32,000 nt of DNA from Escherichia coli (lineage in GTDB: Bacteria > Pseudomonadota > Gammaproteobacteria > Enterobacterales > Enterobacteriaceae): the NCBI RefSeq assembly GCF_015291785.1, contig NZ_CP031706.1; one strand, given 5' to 3'. The notes below the pieces were generated by a model. The model worked only from the letters and a program-made list of their open reading frames with translations, searched no databases and was not told where the DNA came from. Position 1 is the stretch's first letter, and each line of letters opens with the position of its first letter. Shown here piece by piece: positions 1 to 15,936 of this stretch. The position numbers were made by a program, and so were the translations under genes.

Positions 1-41
1 CTGCGCATTTATCTTTGCATATTTAACCGGATGAAAAAAAC

Positions 42-55
42 GGTGAATCGTTCAA
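42..55. promoter_or_regulatory. Candidate Cra (FruR) binding site in the ppsA-ppsR divergent control region
   Basis: The sequence ggtgaatcgttcaa fits the asymmetric Cra consensus RSTGAAWCSNTHHW at every position. It lies upstream of ppsR in the region that should hold the leftward ppsA promoter, and ppsA is a known Cra-activated gene. Confidence 0.5.
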
Positions 56-287
56 GCAAATATATTTTTTTACTTTTTAAGACTGATCCCAGCGTTGCGC
101 AAACCTGCTCTATTCGACAATTTCCACATAAACCATCGGTATAAACGAAACCATAAAAATGAAATGCTGTTTTCATAAAAAATAAAATTGAAGGTTCATT
201 TTATAAACCAGACATTACGTCCTACGCTTCTGTGCGTTTTTAATTTATGCTTTCATAGAATTATGTCTGCATCACGGGAAGAACAAA

Positions 288-1121
288 ATGGATAATGCTG
301 TTGATCGCCACGTTTTTTATATTTCTGATGGTACGGCAATAACTGCGGAGGTATTAGGACACGCAGTAATGTCACAATTTCCCGTCACTATCAGCAGCAT
401 TACGCTGCCGTTTGTCGAAAATGAGAGCCGTGCACGGGCAGTGAAGGATCAGATTGACGCAATTTATCACCAGACAGGTGTGCGCCCGCTGGTCTTCTAC
501 TCCATCGTGTTGCCGGAGATTCGCGCCATCATCTTGCAAAGTGAAGGCTTTTGCCAGGATATTGTTCAGGCGCTGGTTGCCCCGCTACAACAAGAGATGA
601 AACTGGATCCAACGCCGATTGCTCATCGTACCCATGGCCTTAACCCTAATAATCTCAATAAATATGATGCGCGCATTGCGGCGATTGATTACACCCTCGC
701 CCACGATGACGGCATTTCGTTGCGCAATCTGGACCAGGCTCAGGTGATCCTGCTCGGTGTTTCTCGCTGTGGTAAAACCCCCACCAGTCTGTATCTGGCA
801 ATGCAGTTTGGTATCCGCGCGGCAAACTACCCCTTTATTGCCGACGATATGGACAATCTGGTGCTACCCGCGTCGCTCAAACCGCTTCAGCATAAATTGT
901 TCGGCCTGACTATCGACCCGGAACGTCTGGCGGCGATTCGCGAGGAACGTCGGGAGAACAGCCGCTATGCCTCGCTTCGTCAGTGCAGGATGGAAGTCGC
1001 GGAAGTAGAAGCGTTGTACCGTAAAAATCAGATCCCGTGGATTAACAGTACCAATTATTCGGTAGAAGAGATTGCCACCAAGATCCTCGATATCATGGGG
1101 CTTAGCCGCCGAATGTACTAG
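288..1121 (+). CDS. ppsR: Phosphoenolpyruvate synthase regulatory protein (bifunctional PEP synthase kinase/pyrophosphorylase, DUF299 family)
   Basis: A 277-aa ORF whose sequence I recognise as YdiA/PpsR. It has the P-loop-like motif [11 protein letters not shown]. Its position directly upstream of aroH matches the E. coli map. Confidence 0.93.
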
Positions 1122-1132
1122 AGAACTAGTGC
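1115..1132 (+). promoter_or_regulatory. TrpR operator of aroH
   Basis: gtactagagaactagtgc is a near-palindrome of the CTAG-containing Trp repressor half sites (GTACTAG / CTAGTGC). It lies about 20 bp upstream of a TATCAT -10-like hexamer at 1151-1156 and overlaps the ppsR stop codon TAG at 1119-1121. Confidence 0.75.
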
Positions 1133-1277
1133 ATTAGCTTATTTTTTTGTTATCATGCTAACCACCCGGCGAGGTGTGACACACCTCGCACTTGAAATCA
1201 GCTGCGATTGGTTTATCGTGATGCGCATCACTTCCCGGTAGTCCTGCCGTAGAAGCAACAAATTTCTGAGACTTGTA

Positions 1278-2324
1278 ATGAACAGAACTGACGAACTCCG
1301 TACTGCGCGTATTGAGAGCCTGGTAACGCCCGCCGAACTCGCGCTACGGTATCCCGTAACGCCTGGCGTCGCCACCCATGTCACCGACTCCCGCCGCAGA
1401 ATTGAAAAAATACTGAATGGTGAAGATAAGCGACTGTTGGTCATTATTGGCCCCTGCTCGATCCACGATCTCACCGCTGCGATGGAGTACGCCACCCGTC
1501 TGCAGTCGCTGCGCAACCAGTACCAGTCACGGCTGGAAATCGTAATGCGCACCTATTTTGAAAAACCACGAACTGTTGTCGGCTGGAAAGGGCTAATCTC
1601 CGATCCAGATTTAAACGGCAGCTATCGGGTAAATCACGGTCTGGAGCTGGCGCGCAAATTACTTTTACAGGTAAATGAGCTGGGTGTCCCTACCGCGACT
1701 GAGTTCCTCGATATGGTGACCGGTCAGTTTATTGCTGATTTAATCAGTTGGGGCGCGATTGGCGCACGTACTACCGAAAGTCAGATCCACCGTGAAATGG
1801 CTTCGGCACTCTCCTGTCCGGTAGGTTTTAAAAATGGTACCGATGGCAATACGCGGATTGCTGTGGATGCTATCCGCGCAGCCCGCGCCAGCCATATGTT
1901 CCTCTCGCCAGACAAAAATGGTCAGATGACCATCTATCAGACCAGCGGCAACCCGTATGGCCACATTATTATGCGTGGCGGCAAAAAACCGAATTATCAT
2001 GCCGATGATATCGCCGCAGCCTGCGATACGCTGCACGAGTTTGATTTACCTGAACATCTGGTGGTGGATTTCAGCCACGGTAACTGCCAGAAGCAGCACC
2101 GTCGCCAGTTAGAAGTTTGTGAGGATATTTGTCAGCAAATCCGCAATGGCTCTACGGCGATTGCTGGAATTATGGCGGAAAGTTTCCTGCGCGAAGGAAC
2201 GCAAAAAATCGTCGGCGGTCAGCCGCTCACTTACGGTCAATCCATTACCGACCCGTGTCTGGGCTGGGAAGATACCGAACGCCTGGTCGAAAAACTTGCC
2301 TCTGCGGTAGATACCCGCTTCTGA
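1278..2324 (+). CDS. aroH: 3-deoxy-7-phosphoheptulonate (DAHP) synthase, Trp-sensitive isozyme
   Basis: A 348-aa ORF with class I DAHP synthase sequence (GPCSIHD, KPRT, GARTTESQ motifs). The TrpR operator lies upstream. Confidence 0.95.
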   Translation: MNRTDELRTARIESLVTPAELALRYPVTPGVATHVTDSRRRIEKILNGEDKRLLVIIGPCSIHDLTAAMEYATRLQSLRNQYQSRLEIVMRTYFEKPRTVVGWKGLISDPDLNGSYRVNHGLELARKLLLQVNELGVPTATEFLDMVTGQFIADLISWGAIGARTTESQIHREMASALSCPVGFKNGTDGNTRIAVDAIRAARASHMFLSPDKNGQMTIYQTSGNPYGHIIMRGGKKPNYHADDIAAACDTLHEFDLPEHLVVDFSHGNCQKQHRRQLEVCEDICQQIRNGSTAIAGIMAESFLREGTQKIVGGQPLTYGQSITDPCLGWEDTERLVEKLASAVDTRF

Positions 2325-2329
2325 ATGCG

Positions 2330-2358
2330 TGCCCATTCCTGATGGGATGGGCATTTCT
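2330..2358 (+). terminator. Possible aroH terminator hairpin
   Basis: The arms tgcccat (2330-2336) and atgggca (2347-2353) are separated by a 10-nt loop and followed by atttctg. The stem is short and the T tract is weak. Confidence 0.4.
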
Positions 2359-2414
2359 GCGCAACTTGTTGTCTTCTCAGCACATTACTGCTTGCTCTGG
2401 TCAGCCATAATATT

Positions 2415-2433
2415 GATAATAAGAATCATTGTT
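2415..2433 (+). promoter_or_regulatory. Fur box upstream of ydiE
   Basis: gataataagaatcattgtt matches the 19-bp Fur consensus GATAATGATAATCATTATC at about 15 of 19 positions. It lies about 20 bp upstream of the ydiE start codon. Confidence 0.55.
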
Positions 2434-2455
2434 ATATCAATTATTATTAATTTTT

Positions 2456-2647
2456 ATGCGTTATACGGATAGCAGAAAACTCACGCCTGAAACGGATGCC
2501 AATCACAAAACCGCTTCCCCGCAGCCTATTCGGCGAATTTCCAGCCAGACACTGTTAGGTCCGGATGGCAAACTGATTATCGATCATGACGGGCAAGAAT
2601 ATCTGCTCCGTAAAACTCAGGCTGGCAAGCTGCTGTTAACTAAGTAG
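2456..2647 (+). CDS. ydiE: HemP/HmuP-like small protein
   Basis: A 63-aa product starting MRYTDSRKL from the ATG at 2456. The 72-aa track ORF begins at an upstream non-ATG codon inside the Fur box region. The C-terminal [26 protein letters not shown] is typical of the HemP family. Confidence 0.8.
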
Positions 2648-2650
2648 CCT

Positions 2651-4126
<1,476 letters not shown>

Positions 4127-4149
4127 TTAAACACCAGCAAACAGAAGGG

Positions 4150-4863
4150 TTATCGCTGAACCAACGTCGTTATCTGATTTATGGGAACGGCAGGCCACAG
4201 GCATCCCTGGAGAGCATGGAAATCGAAGGGGGTAATCTGTGCCAATATTTCTGCCGTATCAATGCCTCCCGCAATGATGCAATTGCAACAAGGGGAAATT
4301 TGCGACTGGATCGCACGAATAAACGGTTCGAAGGAGCGGTGCGTGATTTGTTGCTGAATAAAACTTTTATCCAGCATGACGCGGGTGAAAAGACCATCAA
4401 AAACCGCTTTCATTGTGCTATTGCCTGCTCCCAAATTACCTAACACAAGGGGATACACTTGCGATAAGGATAAAAGACCGCGATTATCTTTTCCTTCATT
4501 GAGATGCGGGTAATTCTCATTAATCAACAGTTCAATAAACGGATATTTTAATAGTTCGCCTGCGTAATTATCCCTCTCTAATAATAATGTAGCCACTTGT
4601 GGCGTTAAATTAAGCCAGGCAAAGAGTTTATGTTGAATAAAAAAATGTTGGCATGATTTTAGTAATTCCAACTGCTCTGAAAATAATTGCCAATGTTGCT
4701 CCTCGGTAAGTTGCGCTATAACCCGACTCGTCGGGATACGAACCGTACCATCTTCACTGGAGAAATGGGTAATTAACTCAACGCCGACAAGGTCTTGCTG
4801 GTTATCTCTTATCGGCAGGAAATAGCAATCAGAATGATAAAGATTCTCCAAAAAAATCTTCAT
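4150..4863 (-). CDS. ydiV: Degenerate EAL-domain protein, anti-FlhD4C2 factor
   Basis: A 237-aa ORF recognised as YdiV. The EAL signature position reads ELI (VGVELITHF), so the protein is unlikely to be catalytic. The gene is AT-rich. Confidence 0.9.
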   Translation of the reverse strand: MKIFLENLYHSDCYFLPIRDNQQDLVGVELITHFSSEDGTVRIPTSRVIAQLTEEQHWQLFSEQLELLKSCQHFFIQHKLFAWLNLTPQVATLLLERDNYAGELLKYPFIELLINENYPHLNEGKDNRGLLSLSQVYPLVLGNLGAGNSTMKAVFDGLFTRVMLDKSFIQQQITHRSFEPFIRAIQSQISPCCNCIIAGGIDTAEILAQITPFDFHALQGCLWPAVPINQITTLVQR

Positions 4864-5067
4864 GGTAACCGTCCCTCTCGAAGGATGTTTTTCAGTATCC
4901 GGCTAAAAGGGATGAGGCCATAAGACATAACAATTACATAAGGAGTAACTTTCATTTGTTCCATGTTAACCACTTTTTCAGGGGTCCTTTTTTTAGATTA
5001 TCCTGATTATAAACGAATAATCCATTTACGGAATTTTTGTCTGCAAAATACTACTGTATTCAGGAGT

Positions 5068-5100
5068 AAATGGACGGCGATGTATCATCGCCGTCCATTT
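5068..5100. terminator. Strong hairpin in the nlpC-ydiV spacer (probable nlpC terminator, T tract on the opposite strand)
   Basis: A 15-bp perfect stem (aaatggacggcgatg / catcgccgtccattt) encloses a 3-nt loop. It is followed by ttttt on the + strand and preceded by the equivalent A run on the - strand. Confidence 0.45.
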
Positions 5101-5109
5101 TTCGACATA

Positions 5110-5574
5110 CTAAATTCGTCTCGCCTGCCAGAAATTTTTCTGCCAATAGACATTATCAAGTGAGGAACGCATCACTCCCTTGCTGGTAGAGGCGTGGATA
5201 AATTGGTTGTTGGTATCGTAAATACCTACATGCAAACCATTTTGTCCGGAACCCGTTTTGAAAAAGACCAGGTCACCAGGCAGCAACTCGTCTTTATCAA
5301 TTTGCGTGCCGATAGAGGCTTGTTCTTTGGTTTCTCGGGGCAGCTGCAAATCGAAACGATCGCGCATCGTTACAACCACAAATCCCGAACAGTCCACACC
5401 GCGCCGCGTCATGCCACCATAACGATACGGCGTGCCATGCCAGCTTTGTAGCTGGTCGTTCAAACCGGCAATAACGGTAATCGAATCAGAAAGTCTGGCA
5501 TTTGGCGGCGGTGCTTTATGGTGGCTACACCCGGCCAGAAACAGTGCTGTGATCAAAATAAGGCAGAAACGCAT
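5110..5574 (-). CDS. nlpC: NlpC/P60-family lipoprotein (peptidoglycan endopeptidase)
   Basis: A 154-aa ORF with a signal peptide carrying the lipobox LAGC, and the catalytic Cys motif DCSGF of NlpC/P60 hydrolases. Confidence 0.92.
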   Translation of the reverse strand: MRFCLILITALFLAGCSHHKAPPPNARLSDSITVIAGLNDQLQSWHGTPYRYGGMTRRGVDCSGFVVVTMRDRFDLQLPRETKEQASIGTQIDKDELLPGDLVFFKTGSGQNGLHVGIYDTNNQFIHASTSKGVMRSSLDNVYWQKNFWQARRI

Positions 5575-5651
5575 TCCGTACGGTTCCTCTGTTTTTTATT
5601 CTTGCATTAATTTAGCGTCGTAATTACCCGATTTTCAAGATACTAATGAAA

Positions 5652-6401
5652 TCAGATGGTCGAAATCAGCATTCTGTGACCTTCGATATCCAGACGGCGA
5701 AAATTCATCCCATAGGCCTGCGCCAGATTTGGCGGCGTGAGCACCTCTTCTCTGCGTCCACTGGCCAGCATTTTTCCACCTTTTAGCAACCACGCCCGAT
5801 GCGCATGACGCAATGTGTGGTTGAGATCGTGACTGCTCATCACAATCGCCAGTCCTTGCTGACACAGAGCGCTCAGAATTTTGTCTAACGCACTTTGTTG
5901 CGCAACATCAAGACTGTTCATCGGCTCATCAAGAAGCAGCAATTGACCTGCGGGATTGGCTTGTGGTGTGATTTGCAGCACCACCGCAGCAAGACGTACG
6001 CGTTGCCATTCACCGCCGGAAAGTTGATTGGTGCTACGTCCGAGTTTGTCATCAAGAGCCAGCGCCCCTGCGACATCATTCAGTAGTTCGGTACGCGTTT
6101 TATCGTGCTGATGCAGTGTCAGGTAGTGCCAGACCGGCATTGCAAACGGCGGCGTCTGCTGTTGTGAAAGGTAGGCGCGATGCAGCGCGAGTTTTGTTGC
6201 GGACCATGCTTCCAGTGGTTGCCCCGCGAACTGAATGCTTCCCTTACCGCTGGTCATTCCGGCCATTCGTGCAAGCAAGGTACTCTTACCCGCGCCATTC
6301 GGCCCCACCAGGTGCAGGATCTCCCCAGCCCGAACCTCGCCAGAAAGCGGCCCCAGGCGGGTAGTTTCCGCAACATCCTGTAACTGCATCACAATAGACA
6401 T
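5652..6401 (-). CDS. btuD: Vitamin B12 ABC importer, ATPase subunit
   Basis: A 249-aa ORF with Walker [13 protein letters not shown] signature LSGGEWQR and Walker B LLLLDEP. Its ATG overlaps the btuE stop by 1 nt (TAATG). Confidence 0.95.
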   Translation of the reverse strand: MSIVMQLQDVAETTRLGPLSGEVRAGEILHLVGPNGAGKSTLLARMAGMTSGKGSIQFAGQPLEAWSATKLALHRAYLSQQQTPPFAMPVWHYLTLHQHDKTRTELLNDVAGALALDDKLGRSTNQLSGGEWQRVRLAAVVLQITPQANPAGQLLLLDEPMNSLDVAQQSALDKILSALCQQGLAIVMSSHDLNHTLRHAHRAWLLKGGKMLASGRREEVLTPPNLAQAYGMNFRRLDIEGHRMLISTI

Positions 6402-6952
6402 TATTTTGCCAACGCCAGTTTAATGCTTTCCATCACAATGGGATCTTCAGGCGTCATATCCGGGGAAAAACGCTGGATGACCAACCCGTCCCTGCCAACT
6501 AAAAATTTCTCAAAATTCCATAAAATATCATCAGGGTACAGCGGTGCACGACCTTTGCTGACCATACGGGCATAGAATCCGCTCTCTTCCGGCGCGACTG
6601 CGGTCGGCGCTGCGGCAATCAATTTTTGATACAGCGGATGGCGTCCTTCGCCATTAACTTCAATCTTACTGAACATCGGGAACGTCACCCCCCATGTGGT
6701 GGTACAGTAAGTTTTAATCTCTTCATCGCTGCCCGGTTCTTGTTCCAGAAACTGGTTGCACGGGAATCCCAGCACCACAAAACCTCGATCGGCCCAGGCT
6801 TTCTGAATATTCTCCAACTGCTCATATTGCGGCGTTAAGCCACACTTTGAGGCGACATTGACAATCAACAGCACATTACCAGCGTACTTCTCCAGCGTGG
6901 TCACTTCACCGTCGATATCTTTCACTACGGTCGTCAGAATGGAATCTTGCAT
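6401..6952 (-). CDS. btuE: Thioredoxin/glutathione peroxidase
   Basis: A 183-aa ORF with the GPx-family motifs NVASKCGLT (Cys active site) and LGFPCNQF. Confidence 0.95.
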   Translation of the reverse strand: MQDSILTTVVKDIDGEVTTLEKYAGNVLLIVNVASKCGLTPQYEQLENIQKAWADRGFVVLGFPCNQFLEQEPGSDEEIKTYCTTTWGVTFPMFSKIEVNGEGRHPLYQKLIAAAPTAVAPEESGFYARMVSKGRAPLYPDDILWNFEKFLVGRDGLVIQRFSPDMTPEDPIVMESIKLALAK

Positions 6953-7014
6953 CGTTTCTCCTGGGTGTGGTCAGTAAAAATCTTAGCTTTTAATCATAGA
7001 CCGTCTTTTTGCGG

Positions 7015-7995
7015 CTAACGTCTTGCTTTTAACAATAACCAGATAAACACCGGCGCACCCAACGTTGCGGTGACCACGCCAATAGGCAGCTCTGCGGCAG
7101 CTAATGCCAGGCGCGCTACAATATCGGCCAGCAGCAATGCGCTCGCCCCTGCCAGCGCGCAGCCGGGAAGTAATACGCGATGATCGGTTAAACCACACAA
7201 CCGAAGAATATGTGGGATCACCAGACCAATAAAGCCGATAGCACCCGCCAGCGCCACACTGACGCCAACCATCCAGCCGGTCGCGGCCACCAGCACATTG
7301 CGCCAGAACCACAGGGGTAAACCCAGTTGCCGCGCCGAGATCTCGCCAAGTGCTAACATATTCATCGGCCTGGACTGACAACAGATCCACAACAACACGG
7401 GGATCAATGCCAGCATCAGCCAGCTTTGCCGCCAGTCTACGCCGCCAAAACCGCCCATCATCCAGTACATCAGCTGACGTAAATCAACAGAGGTGGAAAA
7501 GTAGATAGCCCACGTCATTAGTGCGCTACAGATAATCCCTAATGCAACGCCAGCCAGCAATAACCGACTGGTCGAAAGATGACGACGGGCGAAACGTAAG
7601 AGTATTAAAGTGATGATAAGCGCGCCAGCAATCGCACACAGCCCTAGCGCCCAGTTGGGGAGTTGCCCTTGCCCAAGCAATACCGCGGCGATAAGCCCCA
7701 CGCCTGCGCCGTTAGAGACGCCAAGTAGTCCAGGTTCTGCCAGAGGATTTTCAAACAACGCCTGCATTACAGCGCCGGATATAGCCAGCGCCGCACCAAC
7801 CAGCAATACAGCCAGCGTACGTGGCAGGCGAATTTGCCAGACGAACAGTTCGCCACGAGGAGTAAACCAGTCACCTGGCGAGATCCATTGTTCACCGGCG
7901 CAAAGGCTTAAGAGAAGCGCCAGCAGCATCAAAACTGACAGGCATAATAACCAGCGAATATTTTGTCGCTGTTGTTGGCGGGCAAGTGTCAGCAT
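7015..7995 (-). CDS. btuC: Vitamin B12 ABC importer, permease subunit
   Basis: A 326-aa, highly hydrophobic FecCD-family permease that I recognise as BtuC. Confidence 0.95.
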   Translation of the reverse strand: MLTLARQQQRQNIRWLLCLSVLMLLALLLSLCAGEQWISPGDWFTPRGELFVWQIRLPRTLAVLLVGAALAISGAVMQALFENPLAEPGLLGVSNGAGVGLIAAVLLGQGQLPNWALGLCAIAGALIITLILLRFARRHLSTSRLLLAGVALGIICSALMTWAIYFSTSVDLRQLMYWMMGGFGGVDWRQSWLMLALIPVLLWICCQSRPMNMLALGEISARQLGLPLWFWRNVLVAATGWMVGVSVALAGAIGFIGLVIPHILRLCGLTDHRVLLPGCALAGASALLLADIVARLALAAAELPIGVVTATLGAPVFIWLLLKARR

Positions 7996-8057
7996 GGTAT
8001 CCGTTCTGCTGAAGTGTCATGGCGTTGATTTTACGGTGACTCTTCGACAGTGAAAAG

Positions 8058-8083
8058 AAAAAAGGCCGCAGAGCGGCCTTTTT
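8058..8083 (-). terminator. Intrinsic terminator after ihfA (symmetrical, potentially bidirectional)
   Basis: A GC stem, ggccgc (8064-8069) / gcggcc (8073-8078), has a 3-nt loop. It is flanked by A6 on one side and T5 on the other, and on the minus strand the stem is followed by TTTTTTCTTTTC. Confidence 0.75.
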
Positions 8084-8095
8084 AGTTAGATCAGA

Positions 8096-8395
8096 TTACT
8101 CGTCTTTGGGCGAAGCGTTTTCGACCCGGCTTTTTAACTTCTGCCCGGGTCTGAAGGTCACCACGCGCCGTGCTGTAATGGGAATATCCTCGCCCGTTTT
8201 CGGGTTACGTCCCGGGCGTTGATTCTTATCACGCAGATCGAAGTTACCAAAACCAGAGAGTTTCACCTGTTCGCCGTTTTCCAGAGCGCGACGGATCTCT
8301 TCGAAAAACAGTTCAACCAGTTCTTTGGCATCCCGCTTGCTAAGCCCAAGCTTATCAAACAGATATTCTGACATTTCAGCTTTTGTAAGCGCCAT
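8096..8395 (-). CDS. ihfA: Integration host factor alpha subunit
   Basis: A 99-aa [55 protein letters not shown], which is the canonical IHF-alpha sequence. It starts 4 nt after the pheT stop. Confidence 0.97.
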
Positions 8396-8399
8396 AGGT

Positions 8400-10790
<2,391 letters not shown>

Positions 10791-10801
10791 CTATTCCTGC
10801 C

Positions 10802-11827
<1,026 letters not shown>

Positions 11828-11993
11828 TTAGAGCCTATCCCATCAGGCTATTTTACTTGCCATTTTGGTCCCGGGCAGTGCTCGAAATTCTCACGTACTT
11901 AAATACGCTCCGGTTTCTCCGCGCTGGCCGTGTCCAGACTGGCTGCGACAATTACACCTGATGAGACAGGCTTTTTATTTTTCAAAACGCGCA

Positions 11994-12022
11994 TACAAAA
12001 AAAGCCTCCACTGGGAGGCTTT
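11994..12022 (-). terminator. pheST attenuator (leader terminator)
   Basis: On the minus strand, the stem AGCCUCC-CAGU-GGAGGCU (12003-12020) is followed by a U7 tract (12003 down to 11997; its first residue is shared with the stem base). It lies between the pheM leader ORF and pheS. Confidence 0.8.
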
Positions 12023-12068
12023 CAGGCGCTGTTTTCCGTTTCTCTTCTCACGCGCTAGCCTCCTGGAT

Positions 12069-12113
12069 TCAGGTGCTAAAGTAAAAAAAGAAGCGGAAAA
12101 TAGCAGCATTCAT
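12069..12113 (-). CDS. pheM: pheST operon leader peptide (14 aa, [14 protein letters not shown])
   Basis: The reverse complement reads ATG AAT GCT GCT ATT TTC CGC TTC TTT TTT TAC TTT AGC ACC TGA. Five of the 14 codons are Phe, and it lies upstream of the attenuator hairpin. Confidence 0.88.
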
Positions 12114-12151
12114 TGCTTGCGTTACCTTTTGGTACTCTTCAAAAGACCTTT

Positions 12152-12180
12152 ATTGAAAAGGCTACGGCGATAAAAGTCAA
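12152..12180 (-). promoter_or_regulatory. Candidate sigma70 promoter of pheM-pheST
   Basis: The minus strand has TTGACT (12180-12175), a 17-nt spacer, then TTCAAT (12157-12152). This is about 40 nt upstream of the pheM ATG. Confidence 0.45.
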
Positions 12181-12195
12181 TGTTTTGATGGCGTT

Positions 12196-12226
12196 GAAAC
12201 GAAAAGAGGGAGACTAGCTCCCTCTT
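12196..12226 (-). terminator. Intrinsic terminator after rplT
   Basis: An 8-bp stem, agagggag (12205-12212) / ctccctct (12218-12225), has a 5-nt loop. On the minus strand it is followed by TTTTCGTTTC. Confidence 0.65.
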
Positions 12227-12235
12227 TCAACTGGC

Positions 12236-12619
<384 letters not shown>

Positions 12620-12644
12620 TTAAAAAGTTAAAAACGTTAACGGC

Positions 12645-12866
<222 letters not shown>

Positions 12867-12895
12867 TTAATAAACGAAACAAAGGCGAACAAAGC

Positions 12896-12919
12896 CTGTG
12901 AAGCCCGAAGGCTCCACAG
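12896..12919 (-). promoter_or_regulatory. 10-bp stem with UUCG tetraloop in the infC-rpmI spacer, within the region known to hold the L20 translational operator
   Basis: The minus strand reads CUGUGGAGCC-UUCG-GGCUUCACAG, with all 10 positions paired (one G-U). It lies about 55 nt upstream of the rpmI ATG. Confidence 0.5.
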
Positions 12920-12938
12920 ACAGTGCTACTTGAAGGCC

Positions 12939-13484
<546 letters not shown>

Positions 13485-15413
13485 TTATTCCTCCAATTGT
13501 TTAAGACTGCGGCTGCGAATCTCTTGTTGCAGCTTCTCGATCACTTCATTTACGTCCATGCTTCCCAGGTCTTTACCACGGCGGGTGCGAACGGCAACTT
13601 TGCCTGATTCCACCTCTTTATCACCACAGACCAGCATATATGGGACGCGACGCAAAGTGTGCTCGCGGATTTTAAAGCCAATCTTCTCATTTCTCAAGTC
13701 TGCTTTAACACGAATGCCCGCATTTGATAGTTTTTGCGTCAATTCGTTAACGTATTCAGACTGTGAATCGGTAATATTCATGATAACAACCTGAACTGGC
13801 GCAAGCCAGGTCGGGAAGAAACCAGCGAATTCTTCGGTCAGGATACCGATGAAACGTTCCATCGATCCCAGAATTGCGCGGTGAATCATTACCGGTACTT
13901 TACGTTCATTGTCTTCGCCTACATAAGAAGCGCTCAGACGAGAAGGCAAAGAGAAGTCCAGCTGTACTGTACCGCACTGCCATGCACGATCGAGGCAGTC
14001 ATACAGGGTAAATTCAATTTTCGGACCGTAGAAAGCGCCTTCACCCAGTTGATATTCAAACGGGATGTTGTTTTCTTCCAGCGCAACCGCCAGGTCCGCC
14101 TCAGCACGATCCCACATTTCATCACTGCCAATACGTTTTTCAGGACGAGTGGAGAGTTTGACGACGATCTTCTCGAAGCCAAAAGTGCTGTACATATCAT
14201 AGACTAAACGGATACATCCGTTAACTTCATCGCGAATTTGTTCTTCAGTACAGAAGATATGCGCGTCATCCTGGGTAAATCCACGCACGCGCATCAGGCC
14301 ATGCAGCGAACCTGACGGCTCATTACGGTGGCAGCTACCAAACTCGGCCATACGCAGCGGCAGATCGCGATAAGACTTCAGCCCCTGGTTGAAAATTTGT
14401 ACGTGACCCGGGCAGTTCATCGGCTTAATGCAGTATTCACGGTTCTCAGAAGACGTGGTGAACATTGCATCTTTGTAGTTGTCCCAGTGACCGGTTTTTT
14501 CCCACAGGACACGGTCCATCATGAACGGACCTTTAACTTCCTGATACTGGTACTCTTTCAGTTTAGAACGAACAAACACTTCTAGTTCACGGAAGATGGT
14601 CCAGCCGTCGTTGTGCCAGAATACCATACCCGGCGCTTCTTCCTGCATATGGTACAGGTCGAGCTGTTTACCGATTTTACGGTGGTCGCGTTTCGCGGCT
14701 TCTTCCAGGCGCTGCAGGTAAGCGTTAAGCGCTTTTTTGTCTGCCCACGCCGTACCGTAAATACGTTGCAACATTTTGTTGTTGCTGTCGCCACGCCAGT
14801 AAGCCCCTGCCGTTTTCATTAGTTTGAAATGATGGCAGAAACGCATGTTCGGTACGTGCGGACCGCGGCACATATCGACATATTCTTCATGGAAGTACAG
14901 ACCTGGCTTGTCATCATGGGCGATGTTTTCGTCAAGAATGGAGACTTTGTAGCTCTCCCCACGGTTGGCGAAAGTTTCACGCGCTTCGTGCCAGCTGACT
15001 TTCTTCTTAATGACGTCGTAGTTTTTCTCAGCAAGCTCATGCATCCGCTTCTCGAGTGCTTCGACATCTTCCTGGGTTAACGTGCGGTCAAGATCAACGT
15101 CGTAATAAAAACCGTTGTCAATAACCGGGCCGATTGCCATTTTGGTATGCGGCCAAAGTTGTTTAATCGCGTGCCCTAACAGGTGCGCACAGGAGTGACG
15201 AATGATCTCCAGACCTTCTTCGTCTTTGGCGGTAATGATCGACAGTTGTGCGTCGTTTTCAATCAGATCGCAAGCATCAACCAGTTCGCCATTAACGCGC
15301 CCTGCGATACAGGCTTTCGCCAGACCTGGACCAATGTCCAGCGCAACATCCATGGGGCTTACAGCGTGGTCGTAATGGCGTTGGCTGCCATCAGGAAGAG
15401 TTATAACAGGCAT
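13485..15413 (-). CDS. thrS: Threonine--tRNA ligase
   Basis: A 642-aa ORF recognised as ThrRS, with an N-terminal TGS domain ([14 protein letters not shown]) and a class II catalytic core. Confidence 0.97.
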
Positions 15414-15575
15414 TTTATATCCTTATTTGCAGTGGTGACCCACACGAAAGATCACATACAAAGAAAAATTTGTTTATTAACAGTTCATTGCGAAACCATC
15501 TAGCCAACAAATGCTAAATTGGTTCGCAATCAGGTACACAAATGAAAGACATTAACCTCTCACCTTCCACCCGGT
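15414..15575 (-). promoter_or_regulatory. thrS leader / translational operator with tRNA-Thr anticodon-arm mimics
   Basis: Minus-strand hairpin 15455-15435 reads GUGAUC-UUUCGUGUG-GGUCAC, and its loop holds CGU, a Thr anticodon. It lies just upstream of the SD UAAGGA. A second long hairpin lies at 15530-15487 (AUUGCGAACC / GGUUUCGCAAU). The 5-prime boundary of the leader is approximate. Confidence 0.75.
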
Positions 15576-15936
15576 TGAGCGATGTTAACACTAAAAAAAG
15601 GGAGATTGTACCTTTCCGTTTCACATTGATTCGATTCGCAATTCGTTTGTAGTGAGTACACCAGCAAAACGCTTAAAGAACCACTGATAACATCACGGTG
15701 CGTCTGAAAGGTTTACTGCGAGCGGATTTACAGCAGCATAAACTGAATCCAGCAAAGTTCGTTGCGTGATTTGGCGGTAGTATTTTAAACGCTCATGAGA
15801 TTAATGACGAAGTGGTCATATCACAATGATAAAAGTGACACAATTCTTATAACAATTTTTCGTGCACATTTCGTTCTGGCGATAATAATTAATCATCATC
15901 CTCAAAACCCCCAGATATATATAAGGCGAATAGATT

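Noticed and set aside
4963-5163. A 66-aa plus-strand ORF in the ydiV-nlpC spacer.
   Set aside because: It has no SD, runs through the terminator hairpin and into the nlpC 3-prime end, and its translation is AT-rich and low-complexity. It is most likely a chance ORF.
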